From positions 32,001-96,000 of IMG/VR virus record IMGVR_UViG_3300050821_008386: a DNA stretch of 64,000 nucleotides; one strand, written 5' to 3'. Under the pieces are notes generated by a model. The model was not told where the DNA came from. It searched no databases and worked only from the letters and a program-made list of their open reading frames with translations. This document shows, piece after piece, positions 27,940-37,783 of the stretch. Positions within the stretch are counted from its first letter, which is position 1. The number at the start of each line of letters is the position of its first letter. A program made the position numbers and the translations under genes. The stretch is from a virus.

Positions 27940-29462
27940 AACTCGGCGTTTGCGGTATACTGAAACCGGATGGCGTTGGAAGGAGACGTCCACGAACCGG
28001 CGGTGCTGATCAGGTCGAACCCGCTTTCATTCAGTGTCTGAGTGGTAGTGATGCTCCCTACCGTGACACCTTGAGACTGGGAATAGACCCCCCCTGACCT
28101 TCCGTCAGACCCCAGCACGGTCCATGTTACTAAATTGGGTGTCGTGCGCATCTTGACCGGGAAACGGCACACTCCCCATGCTTGCGTAGCGGCCAGGGCG
28201 ATAAAGGCGAGTTCTCCTAGAGATGAGGCGCCGCTGGTAAAGGTGATTGTTGAACCGGAACTATTCGTTCCAATCAGAGCGGCACTCAACGTGACGGTAG
28301 TCGGAGATACCGCAGACACTGTCACGCCGGCGGAAATATTGGTTCCAAACACTGGCATCCCGACAGCCACTGCCGCGATTCCGGGTGCGGTCGTGGAAGC
28401 GAAACTTAAAACGGTCGCACCCACGAGAACTGTTGTGTTGGTCACCAGGTTGAATGCCACCGGGTAAACGCTCATCGGATGCGATTTAGCCCAGTACCTC
28501 TGGCACCGCCTTAAATCTTCGTCGAATGGGACGAACTTGAAGTAGTTGGAGATAGGGGACGGTTCGTGTTGAACCAGAGTGATATCAAGGGTGTTGCCAA
28601 TCGTCGCGAACAGATTGGTCTGATTCGCCGTTCCGAGCTGGTTCTCGGAATTCCAGATATTCGGCAGATCCTGATAATCTGATCCGTTGGTCGCACTGAC
28701 CGAAATTACGTAGCAAGAATCAGTGTTCACTGTCCCCCAGTTGCCGGTCGAGGTGGGCATCGCCGGGATAGTCGGGAAAGTAAAATACTGAGGGACCGAG
28801 GGCGTGGTGATGACGCATTCCATCACGTACGACCACGTCTGGTCCGCATCTCTGATAGCGACACAATAAGTCCCGGCAAGAGAAGATTGGAGCACGATGG
28901 AAAGCGACGTTTCGTTATCAAAGAGGGGCCGGGAAAAGCCGCGTTCGATTCTCTGGGTAACGACGAAATATTCTCCGGCGGCGATCGTCAATTGAGCGGT
29001 GGTCACCGTCATCCGTAACGCCATCTGGGTATCAGGGTATTGAGAGGTTCCCGGAAAATTGACTACCTGCTGAGTGACTGTCGCCGCCCCGCCTCCTGTC
29101 ATATTACTGGTAACCACCCATCTGTCAGCGGTATAAACGGCCTGAGTGGTCCCGATATTCGGGAACGTGACGTTCCTCTGCCAGATCTGCATGTTGGCAT
29201 TGATGACCGAGTTATAAATCGGACTCGAAGTGATCGGCAGATATTCGGATTGCGCGGTGTTCCACGCCCACCATTGTCCATCGTTAAACCACGGTCCCAC
29301 ATTACTGGGCGGCGTTGATCCGCCGGTTTGCCCTAAAAGGAAATTAGCGGTGATCGACGCCTGGAGATTGGCCACCAGCAATTGGCCGTACTGATTGGCA
29401 TCCAAGGATTGGCCTGTAGGGATGGGTGCCAGAGAGAAGATGATGGGAATCGTGGTAGCCAT
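27936..29462 (-). CDS. Tail fibre / receptor-binding protein
   Basis: INANMQIWQR..YTADRW, EDLRRCQRYW and FPVKMRTTP motifs common in phage fibres; N-terminal about 75 aa shared with 29486-30400. Confidence 0.8.
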   Translation of the reverse strand: MATTIPIIFSLAPIPTGQSLDANQYGQLLVANLQASITANFLLGQTGGSTPPSNVGPWFNDGQWWAWNTAQSEYLPITSSPIYNSVINANMQIWQRNVTFPNIGTTQAVYTADRWVVTSNMTGGGAATVTQQVVNFPGTSQYPDTQMALRMTVTTAQLTIAAGEYFVVTQRIERGFSRPLFDNETSLSIVLQSSLAGTYCVAIRDADQTWSYVMECVITTPSVPQYFTFPTIPAMPTSTGNWGTVNTDSCYVISVSATNGSDYQDLPNIWNSENQLGTANQTNLFATIGNTLDITLVQHEPSPISNYFKFVPFDEDLRRCQRYWAKSHPMSVYPVAFNLVTNTTVLVGATVLSFASTTAPGIAAVAVGMPVFGTNISAGVTVSAVSPTTVTLSAALIGTNSSGSTITFTSGASSLGELAFIALAATQAWGVCRFPVKMRTTPNLVTWTVLGSDGRSGGVYSQSQGVTVGSITTTQTLNESGFDLISTAGSWTSPSNAIRFQYTANAEL

Positions 29463-29485
29463 ATCAGGTATACATTAGTAGTGAC

Positions 29486-30400
29486 CTACGTTTTTATAAT
29501 TTTAGTCATAACTAAGCTTGGTTGAATGTTGTTATGGCCCGTGCCGCCTCCTGCCGCATTATTTGTTGCGGTAGCGTTTTCTATGGCGGCAAAGCCAGCG
29601 GCGATTGCCGCGTGCCCTTCCGCGATCGAGGCAAAGCCCGTGTTAATTCCGATACCTGTACCGCTGGGATTGGTCGCGGCACTCCCGGATTGGAAGGTAC
29701 TGCCTCCAGCGAGACTGCTGCCGGGGGCAGAAAGGACCGCGTTAACATAGCCGTGAACATGCCCTGGGTCAGTGATGCCGTGAGCGTGCCCGTTATCAGA
29801 ATGGAAGTGACCAGAGTCAGAATGCAAATGGCCCGCGTCAGCGTGCGCGTGAGCGTTTTGAGTGTGATTGTGACTTGCCAGTTCGCTTACGGCTAGGACG
29901 TGATTTTCTTCCCCTACCTTCTGGCCGATCGTTCTCGCTGTCAGGCCCGATCCGGCACCGGTACCTAGCCCAACCCTGCCTCGAGCGTCGGGTACAGCGA
30001 AAGTGGAACTGCCATCACCCGCGCCGTAGCTTGTCCCGATGACCGAAAACAGTCCAGCCATAGCCCCTGTGCGCAGATAAAGAGAACCGTCACAAAGAAC
30101 GAATCCTGTCGGAGCAACTATCCCGCCGAAATCGATGATTGAACCTGTTGGGAAACTGGAGGTTAAACTCTGCGGAATATATTGTTGGCTGCCCGGATCC
30201 CAGTAGTACCAGACGCCGTTATTGAACCAAGGACCAATGTCGGCGGTGGGCGCTGAACCGCCGATTTGTCCCGTCAAAAACTGGCCTGAGATGTAGGCTT
30301 GCAGGTTCGAAACCAGAATCTGGGCATATTGGTTGGCGTCCAAACTTTGTCCGGTAGGAATTGGCGCACAAGAAAAAGTGATGGGAAACTGGAGAGCCAT
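29486..30400 (-). CDS. Tail fibre protein with tail collar domain
   Basis: PTGSIIDFGG..APTGFVLCDG..LFSVIGTSYGAGDGSSTFAVPDARGR, HxH repeats and HNNIQPSLVMTKIIKT. Confidence 0.92.
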   Translation of the reverse strand: MALQFPITFSCAPIPTGQSLDANQYAQILVSNLQAYISGQFLTGQIGGSAPTADIGPWFNNGVWYYWDPGSQQYIPQSLTSSFPTGSIIDFGGIVAPTGFVLCDGSLYLRTGAMAGLFSVIGTSYGAGDGSSTFAVPDARGRVGLGTGAGSGLTARTIGQKVGEENHVLAVSELASHNHTQNAHAHADAGHLHSDSGHFHSDNGHAHGITDPGHVHGYVNAVLSAPGSSLAGGSTFQSGSAATNPSGTGIGINTGFASIAEGHAAIAAGFAAIENATATNNAAGGGTGHNNIQPSLVMTKIIKT

Positions 30401-30402
30401 AT

Positions 30403-31221
30403 TTAGACGTTCAACGGCGACGGGCCGTACGGTACAAAGACAAAATTAGGATTGTTGGTCAACGAATCGTAGATGTCTTCCGGTATCCGGTTCTGGTACG
30501 CCTCCTGAAATTGAGTGGGATTAACGGTTGCGGTAATCAGGTTAAAAGTGATTGGAGGACCGGGCGCTACATTGGCTTGAAAAGCCCAGATTGCTGCAGC
30601 CCAGATAGCGGATGCGCCACCGCCCTGAGTAGCTGTGAACCCGATGGAACCGACAGAGGATTGTTCGATCCAGAATGTGGCGACGTTCAACCGGATCTGA
30701 GCGCTGGGAGCCCATCCGGTTGCTGGTACCAGCGTGGTCAGGGTATAGCCCACCATGGCAAAGATCAGGTCATCGCCATTGGTAGTGGTGATTGATCCTG
30801 AATTGATCGGTGTCGATCCAGTGCTAGGGCCAGATGTTCCGGCGCTTTGACCGTCCAGAAGCGGTACCGGAACATTCCAACCGTTAGCAGAAGCGAATTC
30901 TTCAACGCCGACACTGGCGTTAGTGACGCTTTGGTTATAAGTGACTGTCACTGTCACCGAGGTAGTGAATCCAACGACACAATATTGTAACCAGAAATCC
31001 TGATTCACGCCCGAATGGAACGGGACCGAGGCAATCGAGTAAACGTTTCCGGCGTTGTCTGTCACCGTGGGTGTCACCGAGATGGGACCGGTCGTGCTGT
31101 CCGCAAACGTGCCGGAAACAATCAAGAGATCGCCTTCAACCGATTGACCGTTCAAGATCACCTGTTGACTGGTAACAGCAGCAGTAGTCCCCGGATTTGT
31201 TGCTGACTGGACCTGGTTCAT
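30403..31221 (-). CDS. Virion appendage protein with beta-rich domain
   Basis: GDLLIV..VTDNAGNVY..VTVTY..SGSITTTNGDDLIF domain also found in the 36779-46203 genes; start set at ATG 31221 (ATGA overlap). Confidence 0.7.
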   Translation of the reverse strand: MNQVQSATNPGTTAAVTSQQVILNGQSVEGDLLIVSGTFADSTTGPISVTPTVTDNAGNVYSIASVPFHSGVNQDFWLQYCVVGFTTSVTVTVTYNQSVTNASVGVEEFASANGWNVPVPLLDGQSAGTSGPSTGSTPINSGSITTTNGDDLIFAMVGYTLTTLVPATGWAPSAQIRLNVATFWIEQSSVGSIGFTATQGGGASAIWAAAIWAFQANVAPGPPITFNLITATVNPTQFQEAYQNRIPEDIYDSLTNNPNFVFVPYGPSPLNV

Positions 31222-33062
31222 TCGGCGTCCAAAACGATGTGAGGTGTTCCCGATTCGTTGACCGGCGTGTAACCGACCGAAGGCGTGGAATAGGGACGGT
31301 AAAAGAGTTTTACTACCCGGACGGCCATGTTGCCAGTCCATTCCAGAAGGACCTGAAAAGCGCGATCGATCAGTTCATTGGTGCCCACCTCGATGAAATG
31401 ATACGAGTTCGGACTGGGAGCGATTGTTACCTCGGTAGAACGCGCATAACGGTTCTGGCCTCGATAACTCTGGATCTCGGTGGTTTCCTGACCGGGAAAC
31501 ACGTAATAGATCGTCATCATGGCCGGGTTAAAGAACGGCCCAACGTCTGCCCGGAAGGTCGAAGTCGACAGATGCTGGTAAAGACCGGCCGCGCCGCCGA
31601 TGGAGAACGTCAAGGTGGCTTCTCCGCTCAATTGTGTGATCAGGACCTCGACAAAACAGGCTTGAAAAGTTTCGTCATTGATCGTCCGCCACATCCGGGT
31701 TTCCATCTTGGATCGTACCGGTGTCGCATTATCGTCTAACGCGATGTTTTGGAAATTCTCCCAGATCGAGATCGGATATTTGTTTCCTGAACTTAAGACG
31801 TACCCATTGGAATAACTGAGTTCGTAATTATGTTCGACACCGTTATAAATCAGGGTGGCGTACTGAACCGGATAGGTGCCTGTCCAGACACCTGTCCAGC
31901 ATGCGCCCAAAGAATTGTTTAGTTTCGGGGCGATCCCGCCGTCCATGATCCAGGTGTGCCGATTGTATTGGGAGGCGTGCGGGACACTGATCATCAGAAC
32001 GTTCTCGAAAATGCCCGTACAAATCCCGGTAACAGTCGGACTCAACAGAGCTTTGGAGCGGCGCATCTCTCCGTCTCGCGTGTAAAGGACGTTGGAGATA
32101 TTGAGTTGAAGCGCCATATCCATCGAGATGAATCCTTTAGCGGTATAAAACCACGGTAATCCATGTTGATAGATGGGTGAGAATGGGGCCACGCATCCGA
32201 TTTCTTCCGTGACCGTATTCTGGAAAAGCGGGGTGCTTTGCCATTGGGTCCGGTCCAGGATATTGCTCTGAAGAGTGTAAATCCCTGAGTCAGTGAAAAC
32301 GAAGGTGCCCGAATCTTGCGGCGCTTGCAGCATGCAATTGACTGGACGCGGGAACTGGAATCCAGAGACTTCCGCAAGATAGGCTTGTTCACGGAATTGG
32401 GTAGGGATGACGTAATCGGACGCGTAAACCTGTCTACCTACCGCAATCCAGATACGTCCGCCACTAGCCACCATGGCCGTACCGATCGGCGGATAAATCT
32501 GGGTAGTCGCTATTCCGGTCGGGACTGAAGGGGTTTCGGGGGTGAAAGTGGAAAACGGTTGAAATGCGTTAGTGCCATCCCACCAAGCGCAACTCGAGGT
32601 TCCGTCCTGCATGAACAGGTAACGAACCGGGTTAGGCAGAATGGCGATCGTGTTGTCTGGATTATAGGTGGCTGCCTGAACCTGCTGGCAAAAATGGATC
32701 CGGGCTGCGTACGGGTTAAACGAGATCCCTTGAATCTGGGTATACGAATTGAACGGGTAAATACTGTAGTAAACCAGTCCATCGATCGCCCAGACCAGAT
32801 ATTGAGTCAGGTCGAGGGTGAGGAATTCACAGAACCCTTGTCCTAACGAGCCCGGAATCGAAAACAACCGGCGTTTACGCGGTCGCGTAGAAACGATGCC
32901 GCCGCGGTTGAGGGCGTTAACACTCCAGACATAACATCCTGGCGTCAGGTCTGTCGGGAAAAGAAGGGTGTCGCATCCACCGACCCATCCGGAGTCGGTA
33001 AAGAAATCTCTACGGGTATCGGCAAACTGGCCTTGTTTGGTGGTGCTTTGGGATTCTGCCAT
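31218..33062 (-). CDS. Putative tail nozzle / DNA stabilisation protein (P22 gp10 / T7 gp12 position)
   Basis: 614-aa beta-rich protein with GRIWIAVG..YASD and IGCVAPFS patterns; follows the adaptor-like gene. Confidence 0.65.
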   Translation of the reverse strand: MAESQSTTKQGQFADTRRDFFTDSGWVGGCDTLLFPTDLTPGCYVWSVNALNRGGIVSTRPRKRRLFSIPGSLGQGFCEFLTLDLTQYLVWAIDGLVYYSIYPFNSYTQIQGISFNPYAARIHFCQQVQAATYNPDNTIAILPNPVRYLFMQDGTSSCAWWDGTNAFQPFSTFTPETPSVPTGIATTQIYPPIGTAMVASGGRIWIAVGRQVYASDYVIPTQFREQAYLAEVSGFQFPRPVNCMLQAPQDSGTFVFTDSGIYTLQSNILDRTQWQSTPLFQNTVTEEIGCVAPFSPIYQHGLPWFYTAKGFISMDMALQLNISNVLYTRDGEMRRSKALLSPTVTGICTGIFENVLMISVPHASQYNRHTWIMDGGIAPKLNNSLGACWTGVWTGTYPVQYATLIYNGVEHNYELSYSNGYVLSSGNKYPISIWENFQNIALDDNATPVRSKMETRMWRTINDETFQACFVEVLITQLSGEATLTFSIGGAAGLYQHLSTSTFRADVGPFFNPAMMTIYYVFPGQETTEIQSYRGQNRYARSTEVTIAPSPNSYHFIEVGTNELIDRAFQVLLEWTGNMAVRVVKLFYRPYSTPSVGYTPVNESGTPHIVLDAE

Positions 33063-33069
33063 GTCATCC

Positions 33070-35073
33070 CTAGATCATCGTCTCCCAATTGTTCATCACT
33101 GCCGGCCAAAGATCTTCATCCACCTGAATGTCTAATCCTTCGTTCTGATGCATGCTGCGCCATTCGTCATTGAGATATTTGACGGCAACCTCGTACGCAG
33201 CGCGTTCCATCTGGATACCTTGGCCGGGAGCCATCACCGCTTGATCGTTAGCCGATAAACTCCAGGCGTTAAATGCCGCCAGAATCGCTTTGCGGCTTCT
33301 CAAATGAATCGGGTCAGTTAAACTCGTCACCTTAAGCCACCGTTTGCGGTACATCATCCGCAAAACCGGATATTGAGGGACACCGCTTAAAGCGTTCGAG
33401 AGCGGGCGCGATCCGGTCCTGATCCGGCGATATTTCGGCTCAGTTTCGTCCGGCCAATAGGTGCTCAGTAATTGTCCAGGGTTTCCCGCGCTGTCACAAC
33501 TCCAGAGGTTGACGAATCCGCTTGTCGGATCTCGGAAGATCCGTTCACAGCTGACCATATTTGCCCCGGAAGGGTTTGGGGGCGAAACGCTGCCAGGCGT
33601 CCGCACTGGGACCAGGTATCCGAGAGTTCCGTCACTGTCGTAGATTGGGAGTCCGTTGGTATCGTATCCATAAGCTCGTAATGAACTGCCGGCATCCTGC
33701 GGATTGACGCAGAACGCCACCATGTTAAACGCGGTATTGATTGGGAGCGGGTCAAAAGCCAGCACCACTTCCCCGAGATCTTCGTAACTATCCCATAGCC
33801 TGTTGCTCCACAGGCCCGGACTGGCGACACCCGACGCTACCGGGAATTTGCCGTCAAAATTATCCTGATAAAGGCCGTTCATGTGGAACTGGAACCATTT
33901 ATTCTGGAACTTGGCCGGGCGCCCGTTGATCAGGATTTTTAGCGGTTCCTCGACGTAACGAGGAAGAGTCAGATAATACTGCTTTCCGTCCGGTAACCCG
34001 AAACTCTGGATATCCACGTAACCGATCTGTGGATCCCATTGACTCATGTTCTGGAGAGTCTCCAGAATGGTGGTGATGCGATCGAAAACGAACCGTTGCC
34101 CTATATTGCCGAAGGTCGCGCAGGCATCTTCGTAAACATCACCGACAATTATCGAGTCGCGATTATAGATGTTCAGATTGAGGATCGGCGGTGTCTGGGT
34201 GGCGCTGGCGGCCACGCTATAGAGCATTCGCGCGGCGTTATCCTCGCCTAACCACGTCATGGCGATCATCTCGCACTGTTGCGCGCTCGTATACTGATCT
34301 TCGTCGTAGTATTTGACCGCTTTAACCATCTGGATCACCGCTTCAATGGAATCCAGGGGGATGAAATCAGTCAGGTTCGCTACCGTAACGTATCGGCGCC
34401 GTCCCAAGATCCGCACACTAGCGCCCGGTAACGAAAGCTTGATCTGATGAAAGAGCGGGACGGTCATCTGGGGCGGATAATAGGCGACCGTGATGCCCTT
34501 GACTGACAGGGTGATATTGCCTTGAGTGACGGGCTTATTGAGTTGAATCAGGTCCTGGACCGGTGCGCTCGCTGTTCCTAAAGTGACCTGAATAGTCGAT
34601 TCGGAATTGTCCAGGTTCTGGACTAAACAGGTGAAAACGATTCCCGTATCAGAAGGGTTATCGCTGGTGAACAAAAGCGGGTTACCAGTACTCGCTGGCG
34701 CGGTGCCGGGGTACGGAAGAGGGATCTGGAGAGGTTTAGTCCCTTGATCCATCCATTGATAGCCCACTAACGGGTCGCCGCTACCGGGCCCGTTCATAGT
34801 GAACTCGAATAACTGGCCGCGGGTAAACGCTGGCGCGCTATTGATCGTGATTGCGATCGGTTTTTCGATCTGGTACGGAAGCGCGACGATGTACCGGGTG
34901 GGATTAGTCGCCACCGTGCAATAAATCAGCGAGGCGTCCCAAGTGATATTGGAACTGGTCGCTTTATTGCGCAAAAGGCGGATCGCCCGGTTCAGCTTGT
35001 CGTAGGTGCTGACCGAATCGGCGGTGCCCAGAACGGTCTGGACATCACTGAAAATATCTGAGACGAGGATCGT
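33070..35073 (-). CDS. Putative head-tail adaptor / tail tubular protein with internal duplication; non-canonical start
   Basis: Two similar halves; frame is open 5' of the track's TTG (34974) up to TAG 35083-35085 and encodes ILVSDIFSD matching IIVGDVYED of repeat 2; AGGAGG lies 5 nt before ACG 35073. Confidence 0.7.
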   Translation of the reverse strand, partial: TILVSDIFSDVQTVLGTADSVSTYDKLNRAIRLLRNKATSSNITWDASLIYCTVATNPTRYIVALPYQIEKPIAITINSAPAFTRGQLFEFTMNGPGSGDPLVGYQWMDQGTKPLQIPLPYPGTAPASTGNPLLFTSDNPSDTGIVFTCLVQNLDNSESTIQVTLGTASAPVQDLIQLNKPVTQGNITLSVKGITVAYYPPQMTVPLFHQIKLSLPGASVRILGRRRYVTVANLTDFIPLDSIEAVIQMVKAVKYYDEDQYTSAQQCEMIAMTWLGEDNAARMLYSVAASATQTPPILNLNIYNRDSIIVGDVYEDACATFGNIGQRFVFDRITTILETLQNMSQWDPQIGYVDIQSFGLPDGKQYYLTLPRYVEEPLKILINGRPAKFQNKWFQFHMNGLYQDNFDGKFPVASGVASPGLWSNRLWDSYEDLGEVVLAFDPLPINTAFNMVAFCVNPQDAGSSLRAYGYDTNGLPIYDSDGTLGYLVPVRTPGSVSPPNPSGANMVSCERIFRDPTSGFVNLWSCDSAGNPGQLLSTYWPDETEPKYRRIRTGSRPLSNALSGVPQYPVLRMMYRKRWLKVTSLTDPIHLRSRKAILAAFNAWSLSANDQAVMAPGQGIQMERAAYEVAVKYLNDEWRSMHQNEGLDIQVDEDLWPAVMNNWETMI

Positions 35074-35082
35074 TGCGACCTC

Positions 35083-35451
35083 CTAAGGCCCGAAATGGTC
35101 TGCAACGGCTTGTTGCGCGTTTCTCTGGAGTTTCTTGCTCTTTTTTGGCGCTTCCTCCTCGTCTTCTCCTTCTTTTTCTTCTTTTTGAGGATGGAAATGC
35201 GTGAGTGCGAGTCGAACGTGATGTTTCTCGGTCGAACTACCGTCCGGATGGATGGTTTTCTCGCTTCGATGATGCGTTTTCTTGAATCCGACCTTCGCTT
35301 CACCATCGTCTGGAATGGAGTTGGCTTGTTCTGGGCTGAGATTGTCGATGCTCACGCCGTCTGAGGTGGGCGGAGGCGGTTCGCCTTGAGAGGCAACGTC
35401 TGGCGGCACCATGGAAGTGAAATCCGGCGGCGCTTGAATAGGTATCTTCAT
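35083..35451 (-). CDS. Hypothetical protein
   Basis: 122-aa ORF within the operon, ATGA overlap upstream, in frame with the downstream gene. Confidence 0.7.
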   Translation of the reverse strand: MKIPIQAPPDFTSMVPPDVASQGEPPPPTSDGVSIDNLSPEQANSIPDDGEAKVGFKKTHHRSEKTIHPDGSSTEKHHVRLALTHFHPQKEEKEGEDEEEAPKKSKKLQRNAQQAVADHFGP

Positions 35452-35609
35452 GATTTCTTGAGTGGTCGTTTCTTAAGCTCGTTTTCCAGACGGTCTTTCC
35501 AGATAAATCCGCTTCCTTGGCTACTGATGGAGTTCTTGAGATCGAGTAATTCGCCTTCCGTAAACCCTTTCAGGATATTACGTGGCGCTTTCTTCTTGGG
35601 AGCAGGCAT
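35448..35609 (-). CDS. Small basic hypothetical protein, 53 aa
   Basis: MPAPKKKAPRNILKGF...KRPLKKS fills the gap exactly with an ATGA overlap; below the ORF-track cutoff. Confidence 0.6.
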   Translation of the reverse strand: MPAPKKKAPRNILKGFTEGELLDLKNSISSQGSGFIWKDRLENELKKRPLKKS

Positions 35610-35613
35610 CGTC

Positions 35614-35808
35614 CTAAATATGTTCGGACTTCCAATTGACGAATCCGTGCTTTTTGCTGACCGGCGCGGGTGTTCCCGGCGGCCATTTGCGCGGCACAGG
35701 TTTGCTGTATCCTTTATCCATCGGGCGCGCGTGATCGTTCGCCCCTTCGCTTGATTTTGTCCCCTTGGTTACCAGAGGACCCGTTTTGCATTTACTCGAT
35801 TTTTTCAT
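35614..35808 (-). CDS. Small basic hypothetical protein, 64 aa
   Basis: MKKSSKCK... starts in an ATGA overlap with the endolysin stop. Confidence 0.6.
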   Translation of the reverse strand: MKKSSKCKTGPLVTKGTKSSEGANDHARPMDKGYSKPVPRKWPPGTPAPVSKKHGFVNWKSEHI

Positions 35809-36470
35809 GTCTGATTTGGGAGCGGTTGATGGCAGCAGGGGCAATATTGAACCGTGGTCTGGCCGGTAGACCATTCGTTGGCAAGCTGGATCGCTGTCCC
35901 GAGGTAGCTGTTGCAGTCCACTGTTCCTTGTCCCGCTACTCCCGGCACGGTCCCTCCATCAGTATACTGCCAGAGCCACGCGCTGGTCCACGGAGGAGGG
36001 ACAACAGGCGAACTGGCGTATTGCGCGAGCCAAAGGCGGCGCGGTGCCCAGAACGCTTGATCCTGCGGGCGGATCGTCTCTTTAATGGTGTTGCCCGAAT
36101 ATAAAACCCCTTGTGTCGGGCGCCCTAATTCCTGTTCAACAGCAACCGTCCAATCGTGCGCTTGCTGGATGTTCATTTGCGAGGTGTTGTCCTCGTAATC
36201 CAAGGCAAACAGATCCTGCGGATTGAGTGCGGCGTGCGACAAGAAATTCTTGGCCTGCGCGGTCACAGAACTGCCGTCGCCGAAATGGAGCGCGCCCCAA
36301 AGAAGCCCTGCGCCGACCGCTTTCTCGCGTTCTGGCGCGTAGGTGGCGTCCACATAGGAACTGCCTTGAGTCGCCTTGTAAATCACGCCGACAATGCCTG
36401 ACGCTTTGATTTTGGCGTAATCGGTTACGTCGTCCCAATGGGAGAGATCAATTACCAGCAGGTTTATCAT
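35805..36470 (-). CDS. Endolysin, GH25 muramidase
   Basis: IDLSHW, YKATQG, ALDYED, LWLAQY, WLWQYTD and VDCN motifs. Confidence 0.93.
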   Translation of the reverse strand: MINLLVIDLSHWDDVTDYAKIKASGIVGVIYKATQGSSYVDATYAPEREKAVGAGLLWGALHFGDGSSVTAQAKNFLSHAALNPQDLFALDYEDNTSQMNIQQAHDWTVAVEQELGRPTQGVLYSGNTIKETIRPQDQAFWAPRRLWLAQYASSPVVPPPWTSAWLWQYTDGGTVPGVAGQGTVDCNSYLGTAIQLANEWSTGQTTVQYCPCCHQPLPNQT

Positions 36471-36744
36471 CTTTTGGTGGTGGGACAGTTTTAGCGACCG
36501 GGATAGGGTCAGGAGAGTTGGAAACGTTCACGTCTTTCTGGTAATAACCTCTGATTGCGGTGTTGATGGCTTTCAATCCCGCAACGATGTAGATGACCAG
36601 TTTCGTTGTGTCGCTGGTCCCAGGGAAAGCGTTGGCCAGAACAAAGCCAGCGAGTCCTTCGAGGGCGGCTCCCGAGATTCCGAGCAGAGTCGTCTTCCAA
36701 CTCGGGCCAAGAAGTTTTACCATCTCATCTGACAACTGACTCAT
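36448..36744 (-). CDS. Putative holin
   Basis: SWKTTLLG motif, two hydrophobic helices, charged tail, directly upstream of the endolysin. Confidence 0.8.
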   Translation of the reverse strand: MSQLSDEMVKLLGPSWKTTLLGISGAALEGLAGFVLANAFPGTSDTTKLVIYIVAGLKAINTAIRGYYQKDVNVSNSPDPIPVAKTVPPPKDDKPAGN

Positions 36745-36778
36745 TTGTAAACTGTAATTCAGAAATCACGCGGATTCA

Positions 36779-37771
36779 TTACAGAACTCTTCCCTGAGAG
36801 ACGGGAATGACCGCAGCGGGCGCGAAGCTCGCGATTGCGGCGTTGTATTCGACTGCTGAAGTTTGGGTGAACGTCGCCGCAAAACTTCCTGTCGCGCTAG
36901 TGACAAAGACTTCCGCCTCGATCCTGGCGTTGGCGAATCCGGGTGTCGCCGTCCAGCCTGCGGTCGCTCCGGTGACGTTGCTCTGACAGATGCAAATCCC
37001 ACAAAGAACGTCGGCAATAAATGCCGTGGACAAAAACCCGCTGGAGACTGCGGTACCGGTGTTGCCCGTACCAGAGGAAACGCCGAACGCATCAATGGGA
37101 TTGCTCAGGCTGACACCGCTATATTCCCAGAAGAACGAGTAAACAAGGTTGGTTCCGGTGGTATGGACAAGGATGGCAGGTTTGGTGCCGCTCCCGGCGG
37201 TGATCGGAGCAACCCAGATGGTCAAAGTGGTCGAACCCGAATCAATGTTAGTGACCGAATTCTGGTAAAGGTTACCGGCGGCATCCGTAACACCCGTGAT
37301 GTTGGTTGGAGAATTAATGGCCGCTGCGACAATCAGGACGTTTCCGGCAGTGATGTTGTTGCTTGGTGTGATCTGACCAGAGTTGCCGCTCATCGTCGAA
37401 GACGATTTGGACTGAATTAATTTGGGCGTAAAAGTAGCCAAAGGTTGGCTCACCTCGCTTGCCCCGAATGTTTCTGCGCTAGGCAGAGCGTGCAATTGGA
37501 CAATTACGGGCGACACTATCCCAATCACTCCGAACGCGGCCAAGCTAGGGATTCCCGTCAGATTGGCAACCTTCGGTGCCGTGATCGCCTGGGTGCCGAA
37601 CGCTGCCAGACTTGGTATCCCGGTGAGCTGGATATTGACCGATCCAGTGGGCTGAAAGGCAGCGGTACCGAACGTTCCCGCGCTGGGAATACCGGTTAAA
37701 GTAGCGGACGAAGGATTACCGACGTCGTACACCAGCGGCGAATCGTACGGTATACTCCAGTCGTAAGGCAT
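36779..37771 (-). CDS. Virion appendage protein with LTGIPSxxxFG repeats and beta-rich domain
   Basis: Four N-terminal L[TH]x[IL]PSxxxFG repeats; GNVLIV..VTDAAGNLY..EYSGV domain; ends GRVL like the upstream gene. Confidence 0.75.
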   Translation of the reverse strand: MPYDWSIPYDSPLVYDVGNPSSATLTGIPSAGTFGTAAFQPTGSVNIQLTGIPSLAAFGTQAITAPKVANLTGIPSLAAFGVIGIVSPVIVQLHALPSAETFGASEVSQPLATFTPKLIQSKSSSTMSGNSGQITPSNNITAGNVLIVAAAINSPTNITGVTDAAGNLYQNSVTNIDSGSTTLTIWVAPITAGSGTKPAILVHTTGTNLVYSFFWEYSGVSLSNPIDAFGVSSGTGNTGTAVSSGFLSTAFIADVLCGICICQSNVTGATAGWTATPGFANARIEAEVFVTSATGSFAATFTQTSAVEYNAAIASFAPAAVIPVSQGRVL

Positions 37772-37783
37772 TGAGTTACGATA

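Noticed and set aside
22247-27993. Classical RiPP biosynthetic cluster around ycaO-tfuA
   Set aside because: No short precursor ORF, RRE protein, protease, transporter or tailoring enzyme adjacent, and no intergenic space to hide one.
31222-31341. ORF-track N-terminal extensions (31341, 27993, 25963, 35874, 62910)
   Set aside because: Each overlaps the upstream gene, while an internal ATG forms an ATGA overlap, so the shorter starts were used.
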